DNA from: a virus | Taxonomy: Duplodnaviria; Caudoviricetes | Virus record (IMG/VR): IMGVR_UViG_3300028601_000021 | Location: 1-64,000 of that record | Direction: 5' to 3' (one strand) | Length of the DNA stretch: 64,000 nucleotides | In this document: piece after piece, positions 39,608 through 48,999 of the stretch | How the letters are laid out: each line of letters begins with the position of its first letter | Position numbering within the stretch: the stretch's first letter is position 1 | Translations under genes and position numbers: made by a program | Notes under the pieces: model-generated | Told to the model about the DNA's origin: nothing | Seen by the model: the letters and a program-made list of their open reading frames with translations, nothing else | Database searches by the model: none

Positions 39608-42229
39608 TTACCAATTACGCATAACGTCTAATACAAACCTATGTTCTGTATAAGTACGTACTTTGATGTATCTAGAAGATATCTCTTCCACTACAGCTGT
39701 AGGAGCTTCAGTATAATCTTCCCCACCTAGATACACTACACGGAAATTGATAGTCAATTCCTTAGTATTAAAAGGATTTGGTATATAGTACTCTTTAAAT
39801 CTAGTACAGGGTAAGAGATCATTCATACTTAAAGTACAATGTTTACCCAATACTTGATTCTCTACTACATATCCAAATCTCTGATCAGCACCAGTATTCA
39901 TTTCGATATACTTAGCTATACCTAAATAAACACGCTTTACAGGTTTATCTAAATGATACATGGTATTTAACGGAATAGAATAAAAGTCTTCTACTACAAA
40001 AGGTTTATAGTTGGTAAGACCGATACCTACATCCCCAGTGGTACGCATACACAAACGTAACTGTAAGATATTGTATTTCTCATCAAACTTCTTGTAATAA
40101 GAAGTACCAGTCAACCCATAAGGAGAGACTATATCCTTATTGACAGTTACACTATCCAATACCATATTTACTATAGTCAAATCATCATCTAAAGCAGTAA
40201 TTTCCAACGACCAACTAGTGGGCATGACACCACGAACTAAATCACTCCATTCTAACTTATATCCAGCTATGGAAATAGGCTTAAGGAAATTATGTTCGAT
40301 ATCGATGCGCTTCACACCATCGTCGCTACGATAATCACTATTAGCCACACTACTGAATACCTGCAATAAAGCATCTTTATTATTCACACCTACCATCTGG
40401 ATATCACCAAAGATAGGGTGCGTATAAGCTCCATTTGCGCTTTTATTTAAGGTATTGAATTTATCCCTAAATAAGTCAGTACCTAAACACACATTACCAT
40501 ATTCAGGTGGTATGTATGTATATCCGAATACGGGACTACCACTACCCATATCCATATAAATATGAAGGGGTAGATCTTTGATGTATTCGGTAGGTAATAC
40601 ATTAGCTTGTGATGCCAATATCGCATATACCTGAGTACTACTGTGGTTCGGTATAGATACCTTAAAAGGCATATCTGTAATACCGATACCATAAGCAGGT
40701 ACATCAGCAAAGATAGGCTCAAATCTAATACCCCAGGTGGTAATAGTCTCAGGTAACTCCACATTCATGACGTGAATAGATAATGTCTTGCAGTACACTG
40801 GTTGAGTAAAAGTAAAGACATACATATACTCTTCTACTCTAGCAGTGGCGTGATGAATAAATAAATTTAAATCAGTGTATAGATCCCAATCTATAGGCTT
40901 ACCAAGACCTAGCGGAGCATATATCTTGTATCCAGCCAATGCTCTAGTAGTATGGAACTGATAATGAATGTATACATCAGGTACTTCAAATATAGCAAAG
41001 TCATCTACAGATATAGACATAAACTTAGATAAACTATTTCCGTCTACGGTATCTACACTGGCACTAACTAAACCATTGTCAGCATCATAAGCATAACCAC
41101 TATCGTGATACAGAATAGAAGGTTTCAATAATTGCACTGGTGCTTGGATATTCTCTTCAGTGAATTCATTAGGTACTACACCCAATTCACCATCGAGAAT
41201 CAATAAAGGATCTACATCGGGTATCCTGTTGATCCGATCTTCTAACCTAGCTTCAATGATGGTTTCTGCATTTTCACCAGTGACATATTCATCATGAGTA
41301 TGTACTACTGGAGCAGCACCGATAGATAAAGGATCGTGAGTATGATTAGCAGGTGCTAAGTTCAACTCACCTGCAGTATGACTATGTTGGCTCCATGCCG
41401 CATCCACTTGTCTATAAGTTACACCATGGGGATTTTCACGATCTTCGATATGACCATTGATACCTAAAATAGTAGAAGTCATGATATCGGTAAATTTAGT
41501 ATCTAGATCATCCAATAAAGCTTGTACGTATACCTTAGTAGTGTAACCACCACCATCGATATTAGCGATAGCTTGAATCTTATCATTTAGATACTGATAG
41601 AACCTTTCTCTGATCCTATGTACACCAAGATAACTAATTCTAGCTAAAGAACTAACGCTATGATTCCAAGGTATGATCTTAAAAGTAGCTGATTGGCTAT
41701 TGGGTACGTCTATTTCAATAAAATAAGTACCCGGAACAGTAAATACTTCTAAGATGTTTTCATCTTTATCGATCAACCTAAATTCACATTCGGATAAGCT
41801 ATCAATGACTATCTTTAAAAGGTAATGATCATTTCCAGGAAAAGCTATAGAAGGAATCTTCAACCAATCATATCCATCAGGATCAGCTGCGGCTCCATCA
41901 AAAGTAGCTGTTTTATTTACTAAATGGAATCCACCATTTACAGTCCATTCTGCTTCCGGTTCCAATAAAGGAGAAACAGTAGGTTCAGTAATGACTGATT
42001 TATCAGTAAATGCATTGTCTGTTGGGTCAATTGCAGTAATCTTATCTTGTAGATCTTTAGCTACTACAAACAAAGCTCTAGCGGTAGATAACTTATCAGG
42101 AGCATTCTCCAATTCGTTAGATATACCAATAGCCTGAGCATCACCCAACTGAAGTACGCTTGAAATTAATTTACGTATATTCAGTTTGTCTTTATCTAGA
42201 CCTGAATCTATCGGAGTATTACCGCTCAT
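39608..42229 (-). CDS. Tail fibre-like protein (NPH/HxH repeats, discoidin-like domains)
   Basis: HIEDRENPHGVT, HSHTA, HTHDP, HTHDEY; P.DW and PTSWSLE carbohydrate-binding-like motifs. Confidence 0.7.
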   Translation of the reverse strand: MSGNTPIDSGLDKDKLNIRKLISSVLQLGDAQAIGISNELENAPDKLSTARALFVVAKDLQDKITAIDPTDNAFTDKSVITEPTVSPLLEPEAEWTVNGGFHLVNKTATFDGAAADPDGYDWLKIPSIAFPGNDHYLLKIVIDSLSECEFRLIDKDENILEVFTVPGTYFIEIDVPNSQSATFKIIPWNHSVSSLARISYLGVHRIRERFYQYLNDKIQAIANIDGGGYTTKVYVQALLDDLDTKFTDIMTSTILGINGHIEDRENPHGVTYRQVDAAWSQHSHTAGELNLAPANHTHDPLSIGAAPVVHTHDEYVTGENAETIIEARLEDRINRIPDVDPLLILDGELGVVPNEFTEENIQAPVQLLKPSILYHDSGYAYDADNGLVSASVDTVDGNSLSKFMSISVDDFAIFEVPDVYIHYQFHTTRALAGYKIYAPLGLGKPIDWDLYTDLNLFIHHATARVEEYMYVFTFTQPVYCKTLSIHVMNVELPETITTWGIRFEPIFADVPAYGIGITDMPFKVSIPNHSSTQVYAILASQANVLPTEYIKDLPLHIYMDMGSGSPVFGYTYIPPEYGNVCLGTDLFRDKFNTLNKSANGAYTHPIFGDIQMVGVNNKDALLQVFSSVANSDYRSDDGVKRIDIEHNFLKPISIAGYKLEWSDLVRGVMPTSWSLEITALDDDLTIVNMVLDSVTVNKDIVSPYGLTGTSYYKKFDEKYNILQLRLCMRTTGDVGIGLTNYKPFVVEDFYSIPLNTMYHLDKPVKRVYLGIAKYIEMNTGADQRFGYVVENQVLGKHCTLSMNDLLPCTRFKEYYIPNPFNTKELTINFRVVYLGGEDYTEAPTAVVEEISSRYIKVRTYTEHRFVLDVMRNW

Positions 42230-42363
42230 AACTTACCTCTATTTAAATAATTATGTTTATAGTCCTAGACCATACCATCGTCGGGGTATGTAGTTACGAC
42301 AAAAAATAATAGCTGTAATAGAAAAGCCCACTATAGCTACACTGTAGCTATAGTGGGTACTCC

Positions 42364-43977
42364 CTATTCAAATACGTATTCTTCTTCTATGTCGTTTAAG
42401 CTAGATTCATCCAGTATATCTAAAAATACACTAGTGTAATCGTCTTTAGTACGCATAGCTACTCGATACACAGAAATCAATATACCAAATACTTTATCTA
42501 TAGGCACAGATCTAGTCACTCTATCTTTAAGATAACGATCTTCGGTCTGTACCAATATACCACGTTTATCTCCATAACCAGAGAAGTTGAACATACCATC
42601 TTCCATAGTAACTGACAAATCAGTTCTACGTATACTTAGATCAGACAATATATCCCAAATATCAGCTACAGAGATCTCATGTTCATCTGCATGTATCTTT
42701 GTGACCTTATGTCTGACTCTAGGTATAGCTTCTACTGTTTTGTATTTTATGGTGGAAGAGAAGATAAGGGAATTATCCACTTCTTTATCCACATCGATCT
42801 TAGCTAGTTCAGCTACGACCATATCACTGATCTGTGTATGGAAAGGATGGACTTGGATACCTACTCCAGGTTTATATACGATACGTACTTCTGGAGGAGG
42901 TGTAGGTAGATACTCCTTATACTCTTCTATGTCCCATACAGGTGTGTAGAATGACCAATATTGGGACTTATCTAGAGGTATACCAAAGATAGTATCGAAT
43001 GAACTATCTTTATCTATAGATGGTAACATTTCAGTGATATCCATCACTTGAAATAGTCCATCATTCAAGAACAATACCTCCCAATCCCACGTATGACAAT
43101 GCGACATAAATGAAATCAATTTACTGGATACGAATACATAACTACCATCTACAAAACGTATGATATTCTCAGCTACCTTATTCTCTAAGAACTTAGGTAA
43201 GATACCAGCTCTTACGTGAGGATACACATAGTTATCATCCAGATCCATGAACCTAGACAATACTGCAGGTGTGCAATCTGGTAGGTTGTAAATGGTGGAA
43301 AGCAAGTCTAAAGCTGATTTAGGTTTTTCTCTGAATTTATAAACTGTAGTGAATGTGGGATCATCGATCCAATTTGCTCTAGAGAGTTTCTTGGTGATAT
43401 AACGTAGATTTGATAAACGTAGTTGTACGGTAGCGATATCCTCTTCTACTGTGGTTTGCTGTTGTAGTGAATCTATGGTCGGTAAAGCTTTGTATTCTTC
43501 ATTATCGTAAATGATACCTTCTATCAGCAACTCTACCAATGAGTGTAAGTTAGAGATATCGCCATCACCATATACAAATTGTGAATAAAGTTCTTGATCT
43601 CCTACAATAGAATTATAGTAGTAGTTAAATTGTTGAGCAGTGTGATTATACTTACATCTATAATCCACACATACATTCTTCACTATATCAGTGAATTCAG
43701 ATAAAGAAATAGCTGTGATATTCTTATTCATTCCTGTGGTATAAATACGTTCTTTGATAGAAGATTGTAATTTACCCATAGAATGTAAACGTACCCAGTT
43801 CTCCACTATGATAGGTTTAATAGCTAATAATCTAGCTACTTGTTCTACTGATACTTTACTGTCATTTACTAGTTCTACTAATTCTATTTTAAATGGTGTA
43901 AGGAAACCATATATTTCACCGTTACTAGCTACGATGGAATACTTGGCGATATAGCTAGGGTTGTACTTCTTTAACAT
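42364..43977 (-). CDS. Hypothetical protein with N-terminal HTH
   Basis: TPFKIELV...SVEQVARLLAI....VENWV; AGGAG RBS; early motif upstream. Confidence 0.65.
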   Translation of the reverse strand: MLKKYNPSYIAKYSIVASNGEIYGFLTPFKIELVELVNDSKVSVEQVARLLAIKPIIVENWVRLHSMGKLQSSIKERIYTTGMNKNITAISLSEFTDIVKNVCVDYRCKYNHTAQQFNYYYNSIVGDQELYSQFVYGDGDISNLHSLVELLIEGIIYDNEEYKALPTIDSLQQQTTVEEDIATVQLRLSNLRYITKKLSRANWIDDPTFTTVYKFREKPKSALDLLSTIYNLPDCTPAVLSRFMDLDDNYVYPHVRAGILPKFLENKVAENIIRFVDGSYVFVSSKLISFMSHCHTWDWEVLFLNDGLFQVMDITEMLPSIDKDSSFDTIFGIPLDKSQYWSFYTPVWDIEEYKEYLPTPPPEVRIVYKPGVGIQVHPFHTQISDMVVAELAKIDVDKEVDNSLIFSSTIKYKTVEAIPRVRHKVTKIHADEHEISVADIWDILSDLSIRRTDLSVTMEDGMFNFSGYGDKRGILVQTEDRYLKDRVTRSVPIDKVFGILISVYRVAMRTKDDYTSVFLDILDESSLNDIEEEYVFE

Positions 43978-44054
43978 AGATGCTCCTTTTATACGATTTC
44001 ATTTTCTAAATTTAGATACTCCTCTCAATTAAGTAATAGGTAATGATCACTGTA

Positions 44055-44064
44055 GTAATATATA
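44055..44064 (-). promoter_or_regulatory. Early promoter motif TATATATTAC
   Basis: GTAATATATA on + strand ~80 nt upstream of the 43977 start. Confidence 0.6.
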
Positions 44065-44136
44065 GATGAAATGTAGTTGTAAATACCGACTATTGTATAG
44101 AGTCTTTTAAATAGTTAAAATAGGAGTACAATTAAT

Positions 44137-45177
44137 ATGGCTAGTCCTAACAAAACCAGAATACAAGTAGCTACTGATCCTGCTTTTAGTAATATCATCT
44201 ATGACGTAAATGGAGCTTACACCACAGAGCTACTGATAGCTGAAAGTGAGCTACCTACTGGTACTAATCTCTATGCACGTGGTATGCATGGTCATCCTGA
44301 TACTGGAGATAGTAGCTGGAGTACTACGGTGCAGTTTATGGTAGCTGTAGCTTATGGTAATAGTCTCTACTATACTGCTGGAGACTATACGTTTACAGTA
44401 CCAGCTGGGGTAAATGAGATATGCATAGCTGCTACTCCTGGAGCTGACTATAGTAGTGCTGGAGAACTATTAAAAGCTTATACTGGCAAGACAGTAGCAT
44501 GTGTAGCTGGTAATAATACAGTACCAGTAGGTATCAGTAGTGTCACTCTCAGTGGTAAAGGAGCAGCTGGTACTAGTGGATATGGTGCGTATGTGGTAAG
44601 TTCGTATACATACGCAGCTAATGCATCACCTAGTTCATTTTCATCTCCTCCCAGTACTATACAAGCTTATATCTCTGGAACTCTATATACATTCTATAAA
44701 AGAAATACTACTACCACGCAGGTGACTTATCAATATCAGATGTCGGAACCAGGCGACGCATATGTGACGTATACCAGATCTCCAGTCACCACTACCGGTG
44801 CAGCTACTACTGCAGTAGTAAATGGTACTACATATACTTTCCCTGGGGGAATAGGTGGAGCTGCACCTATCACTAATCACACAGTAGCTGTAAATCCTGC
44901 TACTGGAGCTACTATCTCAGCTAATATAGCAGCTGGTGGTAGTCTCAGCTATAGCTACAGTGCCTACGCTATAAATGCTTTATCCAGCTTATTAGGTAAT
45001 AACTTTAGCTTATCTCCAGTAGCTAAAGATGTAGGTACCTACGTAGGTGGTATAGCAGCATGGAGGAACAGTATCCCTGTATCTCCAGGAGATACTATCC
45101 CAGTACATGTGTCTGCTGGTGGAGCTGTAAATATCATCTGGGGTACAGGTAGAGCTTTTCCTAATAGCGAAGTATAG
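44137..45177 (+). CDS. Paralogue family member 3: partial Fn3-like module + fibre/adhesin domain with variable insert
   Basis: Conserved N- and C-terminal parts with 27152..28231; AGGAG RBS. Confidence 0.75.
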   Translation: MASPNKTRIQVATDPAFSNIIYDVNGAYTTELLIAESELPTGTNLYARGMHGHPDTGDSSWSTTVQFMVAVAYGNSLYYTAGDYTFTVPAGVNEICIAATPGADYSSAGELLKAYTGKTVACVAGNNTVPVGISSVTLSGKGAAGTSGYGAYVVSSYTYAANASPSSFSSPPSTIQAYISGTLYTFYKRNTTTTQVTYQYQMSEPGDAYVTYTRSPVTTTGAATTAVVNGTTYTFPGGIGGAAPITNHTVAVNPATGATISANIAAGGSLSYSYSAYAINALSSLLGNNFSLSPVAKDVGTYVGGIAAWRNSIPVSPGDTIPVHVSAGGAVNIIWGTGRAFPNSEV

Positions 45178-45187
45178 TTTATAAGTT

Positions 45188-45232
45188 ATATATACTACCG
45201 TAGTACCATTTAGGTACTACGGTAGTATATAT
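45188..45232. repeat. Dispersed palindrome, ATATACTACCGTAGTAC family, copy 3
   Basis: ATATATACTACCGTAGTACC-attta-GGTACTACGGTAGTATATAT. Confidence 0.85.
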
Positions 45233-45240
45233 TTATCTGT

Positions 45241-45615
45241 TTATTCTAAATCGATTACGATACCATTGTTACGTAAGTGCTTACCTATGATCTCACGCCA
45301 CATATCTCTACCACCCTGATCTAAGCGCATATCAAAAGCGATACCATGCTCTTCTAATTGTTCAGGAGTAAAGAGATGAGCTACCTTAGATCTAGCTAAT
45401 CTATGTAATCTACCTGATCTACGAGAAGTACCAGTCCGTATATAGAGACGTAACCACTTCTTACATTCTGGATCTATCTCTTCGTGATATATAGTTCTAG
45501 ACATAGTTTCACCATCCCAATTACATTTGGGTAAGTTAGTAGTTGGTGGTTTAGCTGGAGGAGTCGTCCACTTCCTCCATATCTTTAATAAAAAATTAGA
45601 TTTACCTTTACTCAT
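45241..45615 (-). CDS. Hypothetical basic protein (124 aa)
   Basis: ORF downstream of helicase, ending at the palindrome. Confidence 0.6.
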   Translation of the reverse strand: MSKGKSNFLLKIWRKWTTPPAKPPTTNLPKCNWDGETMSRTIYHEEIDPECKKWLRLYIRTGTSRRSGRLHRLARSKVAHLFTPEQLEEHGIAFDMRLDQGGRDMWREIIGKHLRNNGIVIDLE

Positions 45616-45657
45616 GTCAGATACCTATCCAGTATATATGAAAGGTAACATCTAGCT

Positions 45658-47253
45658 TTATGCTACTTCTTCATCACCAAAGGATACAGTCTCACCTACA
45701 TCGAGAGGAGGTATATTTTCCTTAGGGATATCTTTCTCATTCAATAGAGGACCTTGTTCAGGTACATAGACATCAGCATAGATATCCTTTACACTCATAT
45801 CCCTACCAGCTACATCATCCTGGATACCAAATGGACCAAACCTATAAGCAGTACGTTTCCACGCTTCAGGTGTATCATTGACGTAACGGTGTTTATCTAT
45901 TCTAGCTGTCAGATAAGGTATACCAAAGTTATTCTTTTCGATGTGTAAAAAGATAACTACGTCCACTTCACGCTGTGGGTCCATACCATCGGCTAGATAA
46001 CCAATACCAAATTTCTCTACGATATTAGTTACACCGCTAGCTGCTATCTTAGCTGCATCACGATTCAACTGATGTGCAGTAAACAAAGCACTATTCTCAT
46101 GTTTCAGAAAGTTTACAGTATTGGTATAGAGTTCTCTCAACTGGAGATGATTACCCATACCATTCACATCTTTCTTCTTCATCATGTTCATATAGTCGAT
46201 GATCGTACAAAGGATCTTGTGACCAGCAGCCTTGTATTCCTTAAACAGAGCCTGTAGTTCATCTGCACCGAAAGCCTGACCTAATCTACGTTCGATGATC
46301 AACTTCCATCCATTCATATTGAAGAACTCATGAATAAAGTCGATGATCTCTTCATCTGACTTACCTTCAGCGCTAGTCTGAGATATAGCAACATATGCAT
46401 CAGTGTACAAAGTCATCATATTCTCAGCAGTTTCATTTTCCAAACTAATGAATAGAATAGTAGGGATACCATCACCTATATCCATAGGAGTATTATACTG
46501 AATAGTCCATCTAGCTATGTTCATCAACATAGAGGATTTGAAATGGTGAGATAATGCATTAAACACTACAGATTCACCTAAGCTATATCCAAGGTTATGT
46601 CCAAACAATCTGTTCATACCTTGTAAGCCTAGTTTAAAGATATTGTTTACCTTTCTAGTCTGATAGGATTTCAATGCTTGTCTAATAGCTAGTTTATCAG
46701 AGAAGTCGATCTTATCTACAGGTTTATTATAAGAACAAGATGAACTAGAGAATACCTGATTTAATTCATTAGTGAGCTGCTGTAGATCACTAAGTAACTC
46801 ATCCTTCTTACCTTTATCAGTAGTATTAGTAAAGTTGTTCAACTTACCAAACATCTTCTTGACGTTTCTACTACTATTATACCACAGTACGTTGTTACGT
46901 ACATTAGCCATTAGTTCATTGATACGAGATTCACTCAATCTCTCTTTACTGGAGAAGATAGACTGTAAACCTTCATATACATCGACATTGGCCAATACTG
47001 CAGGATTAGTACGAAACTTAAGTAAAATAGTCTTAAGTTCCAATTCACTATCCAGTAGTTTGATATCGATATATAACAACTCTTTCAGTAGAGCTATATA
47101 AAAACGAATTAAAGGTTCTTGCATGGGAGTACCAGCATGGAGTTCCTCTTCACATATAGCTACTAGATCTTTCACCATGGCTTTAGTGATAGCACTAGGA
47201 CTATGGACTATCAACATAATAGCATCGACGAACATATCGGTAGTTAGAAACAT
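45658..47253 (-). CDS. dnaB: DnaB-like replicative helicase (phiKZ gp118-like)
   Basis: ALSHHFKS Walker A variant, FISLEN, IIDYMNM, TAHQLNRD, KHR; divergent from the capsid block as in phiKZ. Confidence 0.9.
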   Translation of the reverse strand: MFLTTDMFVDAIMLIVHSPSAITKAMVKDLVAICEEELHAGTPMQEPLIRFYIALLKELLYIDIKLLDSELELKTILLKFRTNPAVLANVDVYEGLQSIFSSKERLSESRINELMANVRNNVLWYNSSRNVKKMFGKLNNFTNTTDKGKKDELLSDLQQLTNELNQVFSSSSCSYNKPVDKIDFSDKLAIRQALKSYQTRKVNNIFKLGLQGMNRLFGHNLGYSLGESVVFNALSHHFKSSMLMNIARWTIQYNTPMDIGDGIPTILFISLENETAENMMTLYTDAYVAISQTSAEGKSDEEIIDFIHEFFNMNGWKLIIERRLGQAFGADELQALFKEYKAAGHKILCTIIDYMNMMKKKDVNGMGNHLQLRELYTNTVNFLKHENSALFTAHQLNRDAAKIAASGVTNIVEKFGIGYLADGMDPQREVDVVIFLHIEKNNFGIPYLTARIDKHRYVNDTPEAWKRTAYRFGPFGIQDDVAGRDMSVKDIYADVYVPEQGPLLNEKDIPKENIPPLDVGETVSFGDEEVA

Positions 47254-47435
47254 AGCTTATATTTCCTTTTAGATAGATATATGGAATTACCGTATCTCTT
47301 GTATTTTCATGAGTCTGATTAGCATACTATACGACATAGATCGTAAAAGCTTATTCGAGTGAATATATTGTGTCTATTTATATAGGGACTACGGTAAAAT
47401 AATTAAATTATATATCTATATGGAGGTGGCTGCGC

Positions 47436-48932
47436 ATGGGTGGACTATTAGTACGGTATGCGTATACTGAGAATTCTAGATGTAGCGAACTGATACTCCC
47501 AATGCTATCTCCAGTGGACAGAGCTAGAGCAGTATTTGAACAGGTAGTATATGCTCATTACATTAAACACACTGTACGTAATATTACAGCTTGTTTAGAA
47601 GATTACTTTTCAGAAGTTCAAGAAATGGTAAATTCCTTACCTAAAGTGGCACAGAGTAATTACAATCTATCAGAAGTTTATGGTACCGCTATCGATGCTA
47701 TCCATAACTTCCCTCATGGTAATTATGCTACTTACCATAACCTTTTATCCATGCCTACAGAAAGTAAACTTTGGGAACCTACATTCCCAGCTGAAGCTTA
47801 TCTTCCTTACTTTCATCAGTTAGGCTGTGGACATCCTGTTTCAGAAGAGTATGGAGAAGTATTACCTAATGCAGTACTGTTAGTACCTACATTAGAAAAA
47901 TACCATCGTCCAGTGAGTGATGTACTCAGTGCTCCCGAAACAGGTATCCGTATCCAGTTTAGACGTATCTCATTTGGTGATTATGCTTTTACTGGACAGA
48001 TTCCTATCTTCCGTTATAATAGCCATAATCATGAGGAATTACTTTGTAACCTCCTTACCAATATGAATATGACGGATTGGGATATCGATAAACTTATTGG
48101 CTTATTCTCTATGTTTACTGTTGAACCTGGTAAATATCATATGAAAGCACCCAGTCTTTATGTTAGGGGTATTTCAGATGTTTGTTACGATATAGTAATG
48201 AATCCAGCTAAGCGTAAACCTAAATCTTGTAAAATGGATACGAGAGTAAGTGGCGTAGGAATATTCCTAAACATGTTACGTAAGTTATACGAACAACATC
48301 GTATAGCGAATCCTGCAGACATGAAAGTGTTTGCTGTGTTTTTATCTAAATGTGACGGCTTATTCAATAGGCAACTAATTGACTATTTTTATAAGCCAGC
48401 ATCTGAAATTACAGCTATGGAAGCTAATGCTTTCAAGCAAAGTGAATTTTCCCAGTACATGGAATATAAACTATCTGCTGGGATGGAGGCTATAGCATCT
48501 GAGGACGGGGATATCGATACATCCAATGATGAGCCTATAGAAGAAGATATGGATATGGATGACTCTGGTGATTTAGATAGTAGTTTGGGTGAAGATCAAG
48601 ATCAAGGTGGTCTTGGTAGCACTGATTTACCTTTAGGTGATAGCGCAGATACACCGCTCAAACGAGATCCACTTCGTCAGTTAATCGAACTAGCCAAACC
48701 GACAGAAGGTCTTTCCGACTATCTCTATCGTAGGTTAGTTCTTCAGCGTATGCTGACAGTCATTAGTAATCCACCTAGATCACTTACTACCGCCGAATTA
48801 ACCATTATGAAGCGTTGGGTGACTTACTGGATTAATCTTCTTTCTGTAGCTTCTATTAAGGATTTTCTATCCCGACTGTCATTTCAGTTGATGGATATCA
48901 AAAATGTCAAAGGTGATGAGCTACTCAAATAG
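47436..48932 (+). CDS. Head-associated protein (phiKZ gp119-like)
   Basis: Lies between helicase and major capsid; AGME|A cleavage-like site followed by acidic linker; DYLYR...W...W C-terminus. Confidence 0.6.
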   Translation: MGGLLVRYAYTENSRCSELILPMLSPVDRARAVFEQVVYAHYIKHTVRNITACLEDYFSEVQEMVNSLPKVAQSNYNLSEVYGTAIDAIHNFPHGNYATYHNLLSMPTESKLWEPTFPAEAYLPYFHQLGCGHPVSEEYGEVLPNAVLLVPTLEKYHRPVSDVLSAPETGIRIQFRRISFGDYAFTGQIPIFRYNSHNHEELLCNLLTNMNMTDWDIDKLIGLFSMFTVEPGKYHMKAPSLYVRGISDVCYDIVMNPAKRKPKSCKMDTRVSGVGIFLNMLRKLYEQHRIANPADMKVFAVFLSKCDGLFNRQLIDYFYKPASEITAMEANAFKQSEFSQYMEYKLSAGMEAIASEDGDIDTSNDEPIEEDMDMDDSGDLDSSLGEDQDQGGLGSTDLPLGDSADTPLKRDPLRQLIELAKPTEGLSDYLYRRLVLQRMLTVISNPPRSLTTAELTIMKRWVTYWINLLSVASIKDFLSRLSFQLMDIKNVKGDELLK

Positions 48933-48999
48933 TGATTTGATTTAGTTCACTTTATTTTTAACCGTATTTTAAGCAATTTAATTTGTGGAGTACACCACT

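Noticed and set aside
42364-43977. IS3-like transposase suggested by the N-terminal HTH
   Set aside because: No DDE domain or terminal inverted repeats recognised.
27152-45177. Diversity-generating retroelement acting on the paralogues
   Set aside because: No reverse transcriptase or TR/VR pair in the window; differences are not adenine-specific and the inserts differ in length.
28240-45232. Palindromic repeats as a CRISPR array or IS ends
   Set aside because: Copies are kilobases apart with no spacers, cas genes, transposase or target duplications.
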